From: Actinopolymorphaceae bacterium
GTDB lineage: Bacteria; Actinomycetota; Actinomycetes; Propionibacteriales; DAIQRJ01
Direction of reading: 5' to 3'
Assembly (NCBI GenBank): GCA_036786375.1
Contig: DAIQRJ010000012.1
Span: forward strand, 12,267 to 76,266
Length of the DNA: 64,000 bases
Shown here in pieces: positions 62,318 through 64,000 of the stretch. The position numbers and the translations under genes are program-made. The stretch's first letter is position 1. Every line of letters starts with the position of its first letter. The notes below the pieces were generated by a model, which worked only from the letters and a program-made list of their open reading frames with translations, searched no databases and was not told where the DNA came from.

Positions 62318-63142
62318 TTACGACTTCACGGCCTGCAATGTGTACGTGTGCGGCAGCCGGTTGGGCCGGTCGGTGATGCGGAACTCGTTGCGGGGTAGCC
62401 GATCCATCTGCCCTGGTAGTGCGTTCCACGGGACGCTGTCGTGCTCGACCAGCATCGTCAACCGCAGGCCGACGTCGAGCAGAGCCGTCACGACTTCGCC
62501 GATGCCGTGGTTCCAGGTGGCACTGACGGTGTTGGCGAACTCGTGCTGGGCGTCGACGTAGGTCCCGGGTTCGTCCCAGATCTCCGGCTCGGCCGTCTCG
62601 AAGTACGGGAACTCGAGCGCAAGCAGGCCGTCCGGGCGGGGGTCGGGCAGTGCCCACAGCACCGGATGCCCCTCACGCAGGAAGAGCCGGCCGCCGGGGG
62701 CCAGCAGCGTGGCGACCACGTCCGCCCACCGGCGGATGTGGGGCAACCAGCACAAGGCGCCGATTCCGGTGAAGACGAGGTCGAAGGCGCCGTGCTCGAG
62801 AACGTCGGGCGCGTCGTAGAGCTCGGCCTGGACGAAGTCGACGTCGGCCGCGGTCCGTTGGGCGAGCGATCGGGCCTGCGCGAGTGCCGGTGCCGAAAAG
62901 TCGAGGCCGGTCATCCGCGCCCCCAGCCGGTGCAGCGACACCGTGTCGGTGCCGATGTGGCACTGCAGGTGCACGCCTCGCGCCCCGCTCACGTCGCCGA
63001 GCCTCGGCAGGTCGAAGCGGACGACGTCGGACAGGAAGGTCGGATCGGCGATGAAGCGATCGATCGCGTAGTCAGGGGATTCGGCGTGCGGAGCGGCCCG
63101 CTCGTCCCAGTTGCTGCGGTTCAGCGCGGTCCAGTCGGTCAC
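62318..63142 (-). CDS. Class I SAM-dependent methyltransferase
   Basis: NRSNWDERA..H, HLQCHIGTDT, GLDFS, FDLVFTGIGALCWLP, EGHP. Confidence 0.9.
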   Translation of the reverse strand: MTDWTALNRSNWDERAAPHAESPDYAIDRFIADPTFLSDVVRFDLPRLGDVSGARGVHLQCHIGTDTVSLHRLGARMTGLDFSAPALAQARSLAQRTAADVDFVQAELYDAPDVLEHGAFDLVFTGIGALCWLPHIRRWADVVATLLAPGGRLFLREGHPVLWALPDPRPDGLLALEFPYFETAEPEIWDEPGTYVDAQHEFANTVSATWNHGIGEVVTALLDVGLRLTMLVEHDSVPWNALPGQMDRLPRNEFRITDRPNRLPHTYTLQAVKS

Positions 63143-63325
63143 GCCGACACCTTTCCACAGCGTCCGCCACGAACGCCTTCGAGTTCGAGGTCCAGGCAGA
63201 CGACGCCGTCCGCCTGGGTCATCGAGCGTGAGCGCGGGCACATGGTCGCGGGGTAGACACCGCGTGGCCTGCGGCGCACAGTCGATCACATTGCGCCACT
63301 ATCTAGTCCGCCAACCGGAGGTTCC

Positions 63326-64000
63326 ATGCGTCGTGTCCTGGTCGTCCTGTCCGCACTGCTGATCCTGGTCGTGTCCGTGTACGGGTCCGCCTCGGCCGCT
63401 CCCGCCGTGAGGGGAGCAACGCATCGCAACGTCAAAGTCTGCAGCATCGCTCCCGCCGGTGGAGCCGGCTGCGACGCCATCCGACATGACCTGCTCGACA
63501 GCTCCGGCAACCTGATCTCCAGCGGCAGGATCGCCCCGACCGCCACTCCTGCCAGCGGCAGGATCGCCCCGACCGCCACTCCTGCCGGCTTCGGTCCGGC
63601 GGACATCCGCTCTGCGTACTCGCTGACGTCGTCGGCATCCGGCGGCCGGACCGTCGCGATCGTCGATGCGTACAACGATCCGAATGCCGAGGTCGATCTG
63701 GCGACGTATCGCAGGCAGTACGGACTCCCCGCCTGCACGTCGGCAAGCGGCTGCTTCCGCAAGGTCGACCAGAACGGCGGGACGAAGTACCCAAGGTCCA
63801 ACGGCGGCTGGGCGCAGGAGATCTCCCTCGACCTGGACATGGTCTCGGCCGCCTGCCCGGACTGCAAGATCGTCCTGGTCGAGGCAAAGACCGCCTCGTT
63901 CGCCAACCTCGGTACCGCGGTGAACACCGCAGCCCGGCTCGGCGCTGTCGCCATCAGCAACAGCTACGGCGGCAGCGACACCTCGGCGACGTCGGCATAT
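63326..64000 (+). CDS. Secreted S53/S8 family serine peptidase (3' partial)
   Basis: Not in the ORF track because it runs off the window. Translation gives signal peptide MRRVLVVLSALL..., GFGPADIRSAY, TVAIVDAYNDP, EISLDLDMVSAACP, ISNSYG. Confidence 0.85.
   Translation, partial: MRRVLVVLSALLILVVSVYGSASAAPAVRGATHRNVKVCSIAPAGGAGCDAIRHDLLDSSGNLISSGRIAPTATPASGRIAPTATPAGFGPADIRSAYSLTSSASGGRTVAIVDAYNDPNAEVDLATYRRQYGLPACTSASGCFRKVDQNGGTKYPRSNGGWAQEISLDLDMVSAACPDCKIVLVEAKTASFANLGTAVNTAARLGAVAISNSYGGSDTSATSAY
63519..63584 (+). repeat. Exact 33-bp tandem duplication inside the peptidase gene (SGRIAPTATPA x2)
   Basis: CCAGCGGCAGGATCGCCCCGACCGCCACTCCTG occurs twice head-to-tail. Confidence 0.9.

Overview
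High-GC actinobacterial chromosomal DNA. No rRNA, tRNA, CRISPR array, integrase or recognisable transposase was seen. The left half is a carbohydrate-catabolism region: GH35, a frameshifted DUF4091/GH123-like gene, LacZ-type GH2, GH78 rhamnosidase, ThuA+Gfo, rhaM-rhaI-rhaEW-rhaB, a galactonate-dehydratase-like enolase and a second GH2. It also carries ideR, an acyl-CoA ligase and lutABC. A LacI regulator with three matching operator/promoter units appears to control the rhamnose genes. The middle holds alkA-ogt, a lactonase, a Rieske lipoprotein divergent from a SigL-like ECF/anti-sigma pair, a secreted SH3-CHAP hydrolase and an SBP-PhyH-GH2-like operon. The right third is a mosaic of small regulators, stress genes, frameshifted or truncated remnants, an orphan HEPN-like ORF, a large beta-propeller gene and a partial S53 peptidase. 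The best candidates for undescribed biology are (i) a DUF559-type nuclease gene bracketed by two related REP-like hairpins with DnaA-box-like motifs in its promoter region, and (ii) a KanJ-like dioxygenase inside an apparent sugar-uptake/glycosidase operon. All protein calls come from motif recognition without database searches; start codons were adjusted by eye from the ORF track.
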